From: an uncultured Gemmatimonadales bacterium
GTDB lineage: Bacteria; Gemmatimonadota; Gemmatimonadetes; Gemmatimonadales; Gemmatimonadaceae
Reading direction: 5' to 3'
Assembly (NCBI GenBank): GCA_963707505.1
Contig: CAVPQB010000004.1
Coordinates: forward strand, 576,001 to 640,000
Length of the DNA stretch: 64,000 bases
Shown: in pieces, positions 19,210-28,046 of the stretch
Numbering within the stretch: position 1 is the first letter of the stretch
How the letters are laid out: every line of letters begins with the position of its first letter
Program-made: the position numbers and the translations under genes
The notes under the pieces: generated by a model
What the model was told of the DNA's origin: nothing
The model's database searches: none
The model's input: the letters and a program-made list of their open reading frames with translations, nothing else

Positions 19210-20721
19210 GTGAGAGGCTCTGTGTTCATCGTTCATCGCATAATCGCCGCGGCAATCGTGGTCTCGGGCACCGTTCAGGCTCAGACATCAGTTGCAACGA
19301 GAGTCGGGCCGCCGCGCGGAACAGTGATCGTGGTTGGGGGTGGCGCGCTCGGCCAGGAGATAACTGACGAGTTCATCAAGGCCGCGGGCGGACCGGACGC
19401 GCTGATCATCGACGTGCCAAACGCTGGCGGCGCGGCCTCGTACGGACAGGACGCGCCGGGAGCACGCATGTGGAAGAACGCGGGCGCCAGAAACGTGCAC
19501 GTTCTCTTCACGACGGACCGGAAACTCGCCGACTCCGATTCGTTCGTAGCGCTGCTCAAGCATGCTGGCGGCGTCTGGTTCGAGGGCGGACGACAGTTTC
19601 ATCTCGTCGACGCATACGCTGGTACGAAGACGGAGCAGGCATTCAGGGACGTACTCGCGCGTGGAGGCGTTGTCGGCGGATCGTCGGCTGGCGCTTCGAT
19701 ACTCGGCGACTTTCTCGTTCGGGGTGCACCGTCGAACGACAACAGCATCATGGCCTATCCCGGTTATGAGAAGGGGTTCGCGTATCTGCGCGGCGTTGGA
19801 ATCGACCAACACGTCGTCGCACGAGAACGCCTGGCCGATCTCGCGGACTCGATCATGACGACGCACCCGAATCTGCTCGGTATTTCCGAGGACGAAGGTA
19901 CGGCGTGGGTGGTGCGCGGTGACACGGCGACGATCATCGGCCGCGACAAGGCGTTCGTGTATGGCGGCAGAGACAGCACGGATTCCGGCAAGCCGTTTCT
20001 TACGTTGCATCCAGGTGACAGATATGACCTTGGCGCTCGCCACGTCCTGCACCGTGCGGCCGACGATTCGCGCGTGAGTGCCGCGTTCGTTGATTCGCTC
20101 TTTCGGAAATACGATGATCCGGCCGCGGGCAGCGCAACGGTACTCGTGGCGCAGAACGGTGAGGTGTTCGTCGACCGGTCCTACGGCGTGCCTCCGCAGG
20201 CGAAATACATGCCGACCACGACGCTGCCTCAGTTTCAGCTTGGAGACATATCCGCAGTATTCTCGGCGCTCTGCGCGCAGCTGCCGGCGGCCAACGCCGA
20301 TCGTGCGCAGGCTGGTGCCGCCGGTGCAGCTGCTCGGCCGACCGCACCCTCGACGCCATTTCAGACTTGCGTCACGCGTCAGTTGGGCGTGCCGATCGGT
20401 CTGCATCGAACGGTCGCGGCGCCGGACGGTAGAGTCGAATCGGATGTGGATGAACTTTATCGACTCGCGCTTGGGCTTGAAAACCCACGGACCTACACGG
20501 GCGCCGACTACGCGAAGGGCTGGCGACCAGACACGTACCACGGCGTGCAGAGGCTTTCCGTGTTTGGTGCAGCTGATGGCAAGCGCAATGCGTTCGTACG
20601 TATTCCGGACAAACGCGCAGTGGTGATCGTTCTGACGAACGACTCGACGGCGGATGCGGCGCGCATGGCGGATGTGATAACCGATCGGTTGTTGAGCAGC
20701 GGCGCAACCGCGCGTCGTTAA
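19210..20721 (+). CDS. Secreted cyanophycinase-like peptidase (S51) fused to a degenerate beta-lactamase-like domain
   Basis: Signal peptide; VVGGG, WFEGGRQ, GGSSAGAS, IDQHVVARER, EDEGTA. C-terminal GSATVLVAQNGEV...FQLGDISAVF...VRIPDKRAVVIVLTN. Start uncertain. Confidence 0.8.
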   Translation: MRGSVFIVHRIIAAAIVVSGTVQAQTSVATRVGPPRGTVIVVGGGALGQEITDEFIKAAGGPDALIIDVPNAGGAASYGQDAPGARMWKNAGARNVHVLFTTDRKLADSDSFVALLKHAGGVWFEGGRQFHLVDAYAGTKTEQAFRDVLARGGVVGGSSAGASILGDFLVRGAPSNDNSIMAYPGYEKGFAYLRGVGIDQHVVARERLADLADSIMTTHPNLLGISEDEGTAWVVRGDTATIIGRDKAFVYGGRDSTDSGKPFLTLHPGDRYDLGARHVLHRAADDSRVSAAFVDSLFRKYDDPAAGSATVLVAQNGEVFVDRSYGVPPQAKYMPTTTLPQFQLGDISAVFSALCAQLPAANADRAQAGAAGAAARPTAPSTPFQTCVTRQLGVPIGLHRTVAAPDGRVESDVDELYRLALGLENPRTYTGADYAKGWRPDTYHGVQRLSVFGAADGKRNAFVRIPDKRAVVIVLTNDSTADAARMADVITDRLLSSGATARR

Positions 20722-20791
20722 CTGTCGCGGTCGCGGACGTTTGTCCGCGGCCGCCGTTGGCAGAGCGGCGTCTTCCCACTCGCGTCAGGCC

Positions 20792-20826
20792 AAAAGAAAA
20801 GCCCGTGCATCGACTGCACGGGCTTT
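20792..20826 (-). terminator. Intrinsic terminator of padR (possibly bidirectional)
   Basis: Stem aaagcccgtgca-tcgac-tgcacgggcttt with an A-tract (aaaagaaaa) on the + strand. Confidence 0.8.
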
Positions 20827-20856
20827 CCCGTCTGCTGATCGCGATTGGGTATGTGG

Positions 20857-21435
20857 CTACACGACCGTTGAGATTTCTGCCGCAGCACGCTCCAGAATAT
20901 CCGAGATGCGCTTGAGCTGCTCCGGAGTCCGCTTCGCGTTCTGAACGTAAACGGCGCGCCCGACGTCCTTCATGGCGCGATGTACCTGCATCATCGGCTC
21001 ACCAAAGATGCTCTGCGCGAACTCGGTGATCCGCGAGAAGATATCGTCGACCGCCGAGCGATTGTCTTCGAGATACTTGCGACCTTCGTCAGTTATCTCA
21101 TAAACCTTCTTGCCGCTCTCTTCGGGAGTGACGCGAGCGTAGCCCATGTCTTCCAGCATCGTGAGCGTGGGGTATACAGTCCCCGGGCTCGGCGAGTACG
21201 CGCCGCCGAAGCGCTCCTCGATTGCCTTGATGATCTCGTAGCCATGCCGGGGCTTCTCGACCAGCAATTGCAGGATCACGTACTTGAGATCGCCCTGGTC
21301 GAATACGCGAGCGCTGCGCGGCCCTCCGCGCGGGCGCCACGGACCGGCTCCCCAGAACTGGGAACCATCGAAGCCCCAGTTTCCCTTCCACATTCCTCTG
21401 CGCATCCATCCGGCGCCGCAATCGAATCCTGGCAT
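20857..21435 (-). CDS. PadR-family transcriptional regulator (YqjI-like)
   Basis: GDLKYVILQLL..PRHGYEIIKAIEE..GGAYSPSPGTVYPTL...KKVYEITDEG. Confidence 0.92.
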   Translation of the reverse strand: MPGFDCGAGWMRRGMWKGNWGFDGSQFWGAGPWRPRGGPRSARVFDQGDLKYVILQLLVEKPRHGYEIIKAIEERFGGAYSPSPGTVYPTLTMLEDMGYARVTPEESGKKVYEITDEGRKYLEDNRSAVDDIFSRITEFAQSIFGEPMMQVHRAMKDVGRAVYVQNAKRTPEQLKRISDILERAAAEISTVV

Positions 21436-21453
21436 GACCGAGTTCCTCCCGAA

Positions 21454-21520
21454 GATATAGTTTGATATATCGCACGATATATCGCTGCGTCTAAGATATA
21501 TCGATGTTATATCGGGTCAA
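21454..21520. promoter_or_regulatory. Array of GATATATC palindromes overlapping a putative padR promoter (TTGACC-16-TATCTT, minus strand)
   Basis: Perfect GATATATC at 21464, 21476 and 21495; degenerate copies at 21454 and 21506; AT-rich island in GC-rich DNA. Confidence 0.75.
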
Positions 21521-21650
21521 GGGGGTAGGGATGGGCCCCGCGCCATTCCCGCCTTCCCGGGAATCACGAGTTCCGGCGGTCCCGCGTCCGAGGCGCCGAT
21601 GCATCCGCGCCGTACAGCGGGGATGGCGACATCAGCATTTACATTTGGGT

Positions 21651-22499
21651 ATGACAGAAGACACTCCCCGGGGCCGCGCGCTTCCGGTAATGGATCAGGC
21701 TCCAACCCCGAAAACGGTCGCGCCGCCGACTCCGGTCGCGTTTCCTGACCTCGGCAACATCATTGCCGTTTCGAGCGGAAAGGGCGGCGTGGGCAAGTCC
21801 ACCGTCGCGGTCAATCTCGCGGTCGCGCTGGCAAGGGATGGCGCCCGTGTAGGAATAATGGACGCTGACATCTACGGTCCAAACGTACCGCGCATGCTGG
21901 GGCTCGACGGGCCGCCGCGGCTCGACAATCACGACAGGATGGTGCCGCACGAAGCGTTCGGTGTCCGCGTCGTATCCCTTGGATTTCTCGTTCCCCCGGA
22001 CCAGCCGGCGATCTGGCGTGGTCCCATCATCATGAAGGTGATCAATCAGTTCCTGCGCGACGTCGCGTGGGGCAAGCTCGATTATCTCATCGTCGATATG
22101 CCTCCGGGGACTGGTGACGCACAACTATCTCTCGTGCAGGCGACTCACGTGCACGGCTCGCTGGTCGTTACGACTCCGCAGGATGTGGCTGCCGGCGACG
22201 CGTTGCGCGGCGCAAAGATGTTCGAGCGCGTCGGCGTTCCAATACTCGGCATCGTCGAAAACATGTCCTATTTCGAGTGCCCGCACTGCGGAAAGCCAAG
22301 CGCGTTATTCGGATCGGGCGGTGGCCAGAGGTTGGCAGACTCGCTCGGACTACCGCTGCTGGTTCAGATCCCGTTGTACCCACGCGTGCTGGAGGGCGGC
22401 GATTCGGGACGCCCGATCGTCCTCGCCGAGCCGGAGTCCGGTGCGGCAAAGGCACTCGCGCAGCTTGCAGGACTCGTCCGGCAGTCGTTCGCGAGTTGA
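21651..22499 (+). CDS. apbC: Mrp/NBP35 (ApbC) Fe-S cluster carrier ATPase
   Basis: SGKGGVGKST, DADIYGP, IWRGP, DMPPGTGD, VTTPQ, ENMSYFECPHC. Confidence 0.93.
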   Translation: MTEDTPRGRALPVMDQAPTPKTVAPPTPVAFPDLGNIIAVSSGKGGVGKSTVAVNLAVALARDGARVGIMDADIYGPNVPRMLGLDGPPRLDNHDRMVPHEAFGVRVVSLGFLVPPDQPAIWRGPIIMKVINQFLRDVAWGKLDYLIVDMPPGTGDAQLSLVQATHVHGSLVVTTPQDVAAGDALRGAKMFERVGVPILGIVENMSYFECPHCGKPSALFGSGGGQRLADSLGLPLLVQIPLYPRVLEGGDSGRPIVLAEPESGAAKALAQLAGLVRQSFAS

Positions 22500-22547
22500 A
22501 ACATCATCCGCTTGCCTGTGTCTGGCGCGGCGGGCAACTTTGGTGAC

Positions 22548-23297
22548 ATGACGGCACTGGAAACCGAACGCGCGACCGCGGACGCCGCTGCGACCGGTGC
22601 CGCGGTGAAGAGGGGTTATGTCAAGCAGATGTTTTCCGACATAGCCCCGCATTACGACCGCGTAAATCGGATCATCAGCTTCAGGCTGGATCAGTGGTGG
22701 CGCCGGAAGGCGATACGCGATCTCAATATCGCGCACGATCCCGGTGCGACATATCTGGATCTCTGTGCTGGAACGCTTGATATCTCATCCCAGATTGCGT
22801 CGCTCGCGAACTTCCACGGCTCTGTGGTCGCAGCTGATTTCGCCGAGCCGATGCTGCGCGCCGGACTGGGAAAGGTGGCGCGCGACGTCGTACGACCTGT
22901 TACGGCCGATGCGCTGGAGCTCCCGTTCGCCGATGAGTTCGCGGCCGGCGCGATAGTGGTCTTTGGAATCCGCAACGTGGTAGATCTCAACGCGGCGTTG
23001 CGTGAGGTTCATCGCGTGCTGCGGCCCGGCTCGCGCTTTGTCATTCTCGAATTTGGCGCTACGCAGAATCCGCTGGTCGGCTGGATCTACCGGCTGTACT
23101 TCAATCATCTCTGCCCGCTCATCGGCAACGCCGTGGCGCGGCATCACAGTGCGTACAACTACCTTCCAAAATCCGTTGCACACTTTCCATCGGAAACCGA
23201 TCTTGCGCAACGCATGCGCGACGCAGGCTTTGAGTCCGTGCGCTGGCGCTCGTACACCTTCGGTGTGGTCGCAATCCACGTCGGTGAGAAACACTAA
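22548..23297 (+). CDS. ubiE: Demethylmenaquinone methyltransferase UbiE/MenG
   Basis: VKQMFSDIAPHYDRVN, WRR, LDLCAGT, FGIRNV, RVLRPG, AYNYLPKSV. Confidence 0.9.
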   Translation: MTALETERATADAAATGAAVKRGYVKQMFSDIAPHYDRVNRIISFRLDQWWRRKAIRDLNIAHDPGATYLDLCAGTLDISSQIASLANFHGSVVAADFAEPMLRAGLGKVARDVVRPVTADALELPFADEFAAGAIVVFGIRNVVDLNAALREVHRVLRPGSRFVILEFGATQNPLVGWIYRLYFNHLCPLIGNAVARHHSAYNYLPKSVAHFPSETDLAQRMRDAGFESVRWRSYTFGVVAIHVGEKH

Positions 23298-23300
23298 CCG

Positions 23301-24773
23301 ATGACGCTCGACTCGGTCGGAGACTTCATAGCCGAGCTGGAGCGAGCGGGTGAGCTGGTGCGGATCCGTCATGCGGTGAAAGCGAAGCTCGAGCTGTGCG
23401 AGATCAGCGACAGAGTGATGAAACATGTCGGTGGCGGAAAGGCACTCCTGTTCGAGAACGTCATTCTGGACGACGGCCGCCGATCGGCGTATCCGGTCGC
23501 CATCAATCTCTTCGGATCGATGCGCCGCATGTCGATGGCGCTCGGCGTTACGAACCTGGACGACATCGCGGCGCGTATCACCACATTGATGGATCTCAAG
23601 GTTCCCGAAGGGATCGTCGGAAAGTTGTCTCTGCTTCCGCGATTGATGGAGGTGGCCAAGTTTCCTCCACGCATCCGCTCCGGCGCGGCGCACTGTCAGG
23701 AAATTGTGCTCGAGGGCGACAGGATAGATCTGCGCGACATTCCGATCATCACCTGTTGGCCGGAAGACGGCGGTCCGTACATCACACTGCCGATGGTCAT
23801 CTCCAGGGACCCCAAGCGCGGCATACGCAACGTCGGCATGTATCGCGTGCAGTATGACTCGCCCAATACGCTCAAGATGCACTGGCAGCGCCACAAGGTC
23901 GGCGCCGCACACTGGCGCGAGATGGCGGAGCGGAGGGAGAGAATGCCGGTGTGCATCGCGGTTGGCGCCGACCCCCCGTCGATCTACTCAGCATCCGCTC
24001 CGCTGCCACCGACGGTGGATGAATTCCTCTTTGCAGGATTTCTTCGCAAGGAGCCAGTGTCGCTGGTAAGAGCGGTTACATGCGATCTCGAAGTGCCGGC
24101 TGAAGCGGATTTTGTGTTCGAGGGATACATCGATCCGTCGGAAGATCTCGTGATCGAGGGGCCGTTCGGCGACCATACTGGATTCTACAGCGAGGCCGAC
24201 TACTATCCGCGCGTTCACATCACCGCTGTAACGATGCGCAGAGATGCGGTCTATTCAACGACGATCGTAGGCGTGCCGCCGATGGAGGATTATTACCTCG
24301 GCCATGCGACCGAGCGGATCTTCCTTCCACTCCTCAAGCTCACGATCCCGGAAATTGTGGACTATCACATGCCGGCGGAAGGAATATTCCACAATCTCGT
24401 TTTCGTCTCGATCGACAAGCAGTACCCGGGACAGGCGTACAAGGTGATGAACGCCATGTGGGGACAGGGACTCATGTCGCTCGCTAAGGTGCTGGTGATC
24501 GTGGACAGGGACGTGGACGTTCGCAATCCGTTCGAGGCGTGGTGGGTTGCGCTGAACAACATCGATCCGGAGCGTGATACTCGCTTCACGATGGGACCGA
24601 TGGACGTTCTGGATCATTCGAGCAGAGCATTCACATATGGATCCAAGATGGGAATAGACGCGACGCGGAAGTTTCCCGAGGAAGGATTCACGCGCAACTG
24701 GCCTGGCAGGATCGAGATGGACGGCGCCACGAAAGCAAGGGTGGACGCGATGTGGAGCGAGCTCGGGCTATGA
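23301..24773 (+). CDS. UbiD-family menaquinone biosynthesis decarboxylase (MqnL-type)
   Basis: DGGPYITLP, RNVGMYR, MHWQRHK, EGPFGDHTGFY, PPMED, DVLDHSS, GSKMGIDAT. Confidence 0.9.
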   Translation: MTLDSVGDFIAELERAGELVRIRHAVKAKLELCEISDRVMKHVGGGKALLFENVILDDGRRSAYPVAINLFGSMRRMSMALGVTNLDDIAARITTLMDLKVPEGIVGKLSLLPRLMEVAKFPPRIRSGAAHCQEIVLEGDRIDLRDIPIITCWPEDGGPYITLPMVISRDPKRGIRNVGMYRVQYDSPNTLKMHWQRHKVGAAHWREMAERRERMPVCIAVGADPPSIYSASAPLPPTVDEFLFAGFLRKEPVSLVRAVTCDLEVPAEADFVFEGYIDPSEDLVIEGPFGDHTGFYSEADYYPRVHITAVTMRRDAVYSTTIVGVPPMEDYYLGHATERIFLPLLKLTIPEIVDYHMPAEGIFHNLVFVSIDKQYPGQAYKVMNAMWGQGLMSLAKVLVIVDRDVDVRNPFEAWWVALNNIDPERDTRFTMGPMDVLDHSSRAFTYGSKMGIDATRKFPEEGFTRNWPGRIEMDGATKARVDAMWSELGL

Positions 24774-25666
24774 CCGCACGTGAGGGACAGACATTTCACG
24801 GTGTATCGCGCGTGATAAGGTACGTGAACTTCGTGAAGCTTCCGCACACGCTCTTCGCGTTGCCGTTCGCGCTCGTCGGCGTCGTGCTTGCGAGCTATCA
24901 CACGCCGGTAACGATAAGCGAGGTCGGTTGGGTCGTGATCGCGTTCACCGCGGCACGCTTTGCCGCAATGGGATTCAACCGCATCGCGGATCGGGAGATC
25001 GACGCGTTGAATCCGCGAACGCAGATGCGTGAGCTACCATCAGGCGCCCTTGGCGTAACCGAGGCGATGATCGCTGTCGCAGTCGCGTGCGGCGTTTTTC
25101 TGTTCGCCGCGTTCGAGCTCAATCACGTTTGTTTTCTTCTGGCGCCGATCGCGCTGGGCTGGGTTTTCTTCTACAGCTTCACAAAACGATTCACCCGCTG
25201 GTCGCACGTGGTGCTCGGCGTCGGGCTCTCGATAGCGCCCGTCGGCGGTTATCTGGCGGTGACGGGGACCTGGGCGAGTCCCTGGTGGATGTTGTGCGTG
25301 CTCGCGATCGCCGTCGCCACCTGGGTCGCGGGATTTGACATTCTCTACGCACTGCAGGACGTCGAATTCGATCGCGGCAACGCACTGCACTCGATTCCTG
25401 TACGATGGGGTGAGCGCGGATCGCTGCTGGCAGCGCGAGCGCTGCACGCGCTCACGATCATCGCGCTCGCGTCGGTGGGATTCGCCGTCGGTGGTGGCGC
25501 GATCTACACGGCGGGTGTCGTCGTGGCGGCCGGTCTTCTCCTGTACGAGCACACGCTGGTGAAGCCCGGTGACATCAGTCGCCTCGACGCGGCATTTTTC
25601 ACGATGAACGGTATCATCAGCATAGTGTACTTCGGGTTCGTATTTGCAGAGCGGGTGGCGTCGTGA
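24770..25666 (+). CDS. UbiA-family polyprenyltransferase (MqnP-type)
   Basis: HTLFALPFA, AMGFNRIADREIDALNPRT..RELPSG, YSFTKRFT, WVAGFDILYALQD, AFFTMNG; ATGA overlap. Confidence 0.9.
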   Translation: MTAREGQTFHGVSRVIRYVNFVKLPHTLFALPFALVGVVLASYHTPVTISEVGWVVIAFTAARFAAMGFNRIADREIDALNPRTQMRELPSGALGVTEAMIAVAVACGVFLFAAFELNHVCFLLAPIALGWVFFYSFTKRFTRWSHVVLGVGLSIAPVGGYLAVTGTWASPWWMLCVLAIAVATWVAGFDILYALQDVEFDRGNALHSIPVRWGERGSLLAARALHALTIIALASVGFAVGGGAIYTAGVVVAAGLLLYEHTLVKPGDISRLDAAFFTMNGIISIVYFGFVFAERVAS

Positions 25667-26277
25667 GTGACGTCACGTCGCGACTTCCGTTCACGGTTGC
25701 GATCACCGGTGCGTCCGGAGCGCCGTACGCAGTGCGGTTGCTCGAGCAATTATGCATCGCTGGTCAACCCGTCTCGCTGATAGTCTCCAGCCACGGAATG
25801 CGGTTGCTGTCGACGGAAACCGGAATCCAATCGCTCGGGGCACTTCGTGACGCGGTCGGTGAACGCGCCTGGGACGATCTCGTCACCGTTTACGACGACG
25901 CGGATCGCGGTGCCGCTCCGGCATCCGGATCCGCACGCAGTGCGGGGATGGTGATCTGTCCGTGCTCGATGGGAACGCTGAGCGCGATTGCTGCCGGCTC
26001 GTCACGGTCGCTCGTCGAGCGCGCAGCGGACGTGACACTCAAGGAACGACGCAAGCTCATTCTGGTGCCGCGTGAGACGCCGCTCTCGAGCATTCATCTC
26101 GATAACATGTTGAAGCTGAGCAGGGAAGGCGTTGTCATTCTCCCTGCGGCGCCGGGTTTCTATCACCAACCCACGTCGATAGCAGAGTTGGTGGATTTCG
26201 TCGTAGCCCGTGTCATGGACCAGATGGGTGTCGCGCATTCCCTCGGCCACCGCTGGGGTAGCGAACAAGATACGTAA
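25663..26277 (+). CDS. ubiX: Flavin prenyltransferase UbiX
   Basis: AITGASGA, ASGS, PCSMGTL, RAADVTLKERRKLILVPRETP, PGFYHQP. Confidence 0.94.
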   Translation: MSDVTSRLPFTVAITGASGAPYAVRLLEQLCIAGQPVSLIVSSHGMRLLSTETGIQSLGALRDAVGERAWDDLVTVYDDADRGAAPASGSARSAGMVICPCSMGTLSAIAAGSSRSLVERAADVTLKERRKLILVPRETPLSSIHLDNMLKLSREGVVILPAAPGFYHQPTSIAELVDFVVARVMDQMGVAHSLGHRWGSEQDT

Positions 26278-26290
26278 CCAAGTGGTTACG

Positions 26291-27715
26291 TTATTTTTTC
26301 TGCTTCACCTTCATCCCCGCGTTCCCACTTGCGACAGCGCGGACGGCGATTCCCGACGCGGTCACATATATCCCTGCGACGTCGACCGAGTCCACCTGCG
26401 CCGATAGCGTCACCGCATCACCGAGTTTGCGGTTGAGTCCGTCGCTGAGAAGTGACCGTCCCTTTGTGATCAGAAGATCGGCGGGTAGCCGAGCCTTTTG
26501 TCTGAATAATTCGCGCAGAGCGTCGGACTGGAGCCAGCTGTAAGCGCTGATTAGCTCGCTGTCGGTGTTCAGGTCGTAGTCGAGGTCGGGCACACTCAAC
26601 TCTCCCGCACGGCGATCGTACGCCGGCTTGCCGGCGAAGACCAGTGTGCCGTTGGCATCACCCGTGAAGGCGACTGCAAGCGCGAGTCGACCCTGAGGCA
26701 GCGGAGAGACGCGTGCACTCTGCACTGTGACAGTGCGGCCACCTTCCGTTATTGGCTTTCCCTTTAACGCATCGGTGATCGTCTTCGAGGCGTCGGCGTA
26801 ACTGATAAGGCCGCCGAGTACGATGTGGAATCCCGTTGCAACGGTGTCGCGTGCGAGCGGCGGGAGTGGTGGAACGTCCGGACGCGGCTCGGTGCCGGTG
26901 ACGACTCTGGGACGTGCATCGAGACCGGCGTCGACGATCAGGTCATCGCCTGAGCCGCTCACGTCGCCCATGCGGAGCCGTTCGGGTCCGAGCAGCAGCC
27001 ACACATTATCGGTGAGCCGAATCGGTTTGTTGAGAAGTTCCCACCACTCCTGGAAATGACTGGTAAGATCGACGCGCGAGATCTTGCGGTCGATGTCCGG
27101 CAGGTGGGAGTTGAGCGCACCCTGTGCGGCAGCTATCACCCGTTCCGTGACGTCGTATCGAATTACGCTCACCGTACAGCGGTCTCTGTCGGCGCTGGAT
27201 GCGGGCCCGAGCCGACCGACGCGCGCGTGCGACGACAGGTGCCAGTTGGGTGTCAGCGTCAGCGGAGTGATGAGCTCGACGGTTATGCGCGGACGGTCGG
27301 CCAGCGAATCGCCACCACAGCCCGCCCCGATAGTGGGGCCGAAACGCGGCTTGAAATACCCACGGGCGGCATAGGACAGAGTCGCGCGCAGATGCACTTC
27401 GTTGTCGCGAACGAACGTCGTGAACGGGCCCCGTACAGCCTCGTACGCGTAGTGTCTGTTCGGATCGGTCCCGACCATGTGGACGCTATCGATCGATCCG
27501 AATTTTGTGGGAACTGCTCGCTCGACGACCGCCAGCACAGGCGTATAGTCGTACACCAGCGGAATATCGAAGTGGGATAGTGGGAGCGGCGGCACAGCGG
27601 GGAGCGAATCGAGCTGAGCACCCGAGATGGTTGTGGGCTTTTCGCGCCGGCAGGCCTGGGCGAGAGGCATGCAGACGAGCAGGACCAGCGTCGCGCGGCT
27701 CCGACCCGGCGTCAT
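26291..27715 (-). CDS. DUF4403-like lipoprotein
   Basis: Lipobox AQAC; long beta-rich protein with W..L..PI.L...WL.L.P and G.L...GKP.YD patterns. Confidence 0.7.
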   Translation of the reverse strand: MTPGRSRATLVLLVCMPLAQACRREKPTTISGAQLDSLPAVPPLPLSHFDIPLVYDYTPVLAVVERAVPTKFGSIDSVHMVGTDPNRHYAYEAVRGPFTTFVRDNEVHLRATLSYAARGYFKPRFGPTIGAGCGGDSLADRPRITVELITPLTLTPNWHLSSHARVGRLGPASSADRDRCTVSVIRYDVTERVIAAAQGALNSHLPDIDRKISRVDLTSHFQEWWELLNKPIRLTDNVWLLLGPERLRMGDVSGSGDDLIVDAGLDARPRVVTGTEPRPDVPPLPPLARDTVATGFHIVLGGLISYADASKTITDALKGKPITEGGRTVTVQSARVSPLPQGRLALAVAFTGDANGTLVFAGKPAYDRRAGELSVPDLDYDLNTDSELISAYSWLQSDALRELFRQKARLPADLLITKGRSLLSDGLNRKLGDAVTLSAQVDSVDVAGIYVTASGIAVRAVASGNAGMKVKQKK

Positions 27716-27830
27716 CGGCGCTCAGGCTTGTGAGCTGCGATACGCCAGGTACTCAGCGAATGATCTTTCCGGGCACGATGAATGCACATCCACGGATTTC
27801 TGATTAGACGGAAACCTTACGGAGGTTGGG

Positions 27831-28040
27831 ATGAACGACAGCGACAAAAGCAAATCTCACGCCGGCGGTCATGACGAGTCGTCCGCGGAAAAAAGAACAG
27901 AAAAGTTTGGTAATCGTACGGTAGGCCGTGGCATGGACTCGCCCGATTCTACCGAAGCGGTGCTGGATGCCAGCACCGGCGAGCCTGATCCCCGAGCGAG
28001 GGAGAAGAAGGGCAGCGACGGACACCCCGAAAAGAAGTAG
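27831..28040 (+). CDS. Small hydrophilic hypothetical protein (69 aa)
   Basis: Strong SD ggagg before ATG; fills the gap between neighbouring genes; charged, disordered composition. Confidence 0.55.
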   Translation: MNDSDKSKSHAGGHDESSAEKRTEKFGNRTVGRGMDSPDSTEAVLDASTGEPDPRAREKKGSDGHPEKK

Positions 28041-28046
28041 CGTCGC

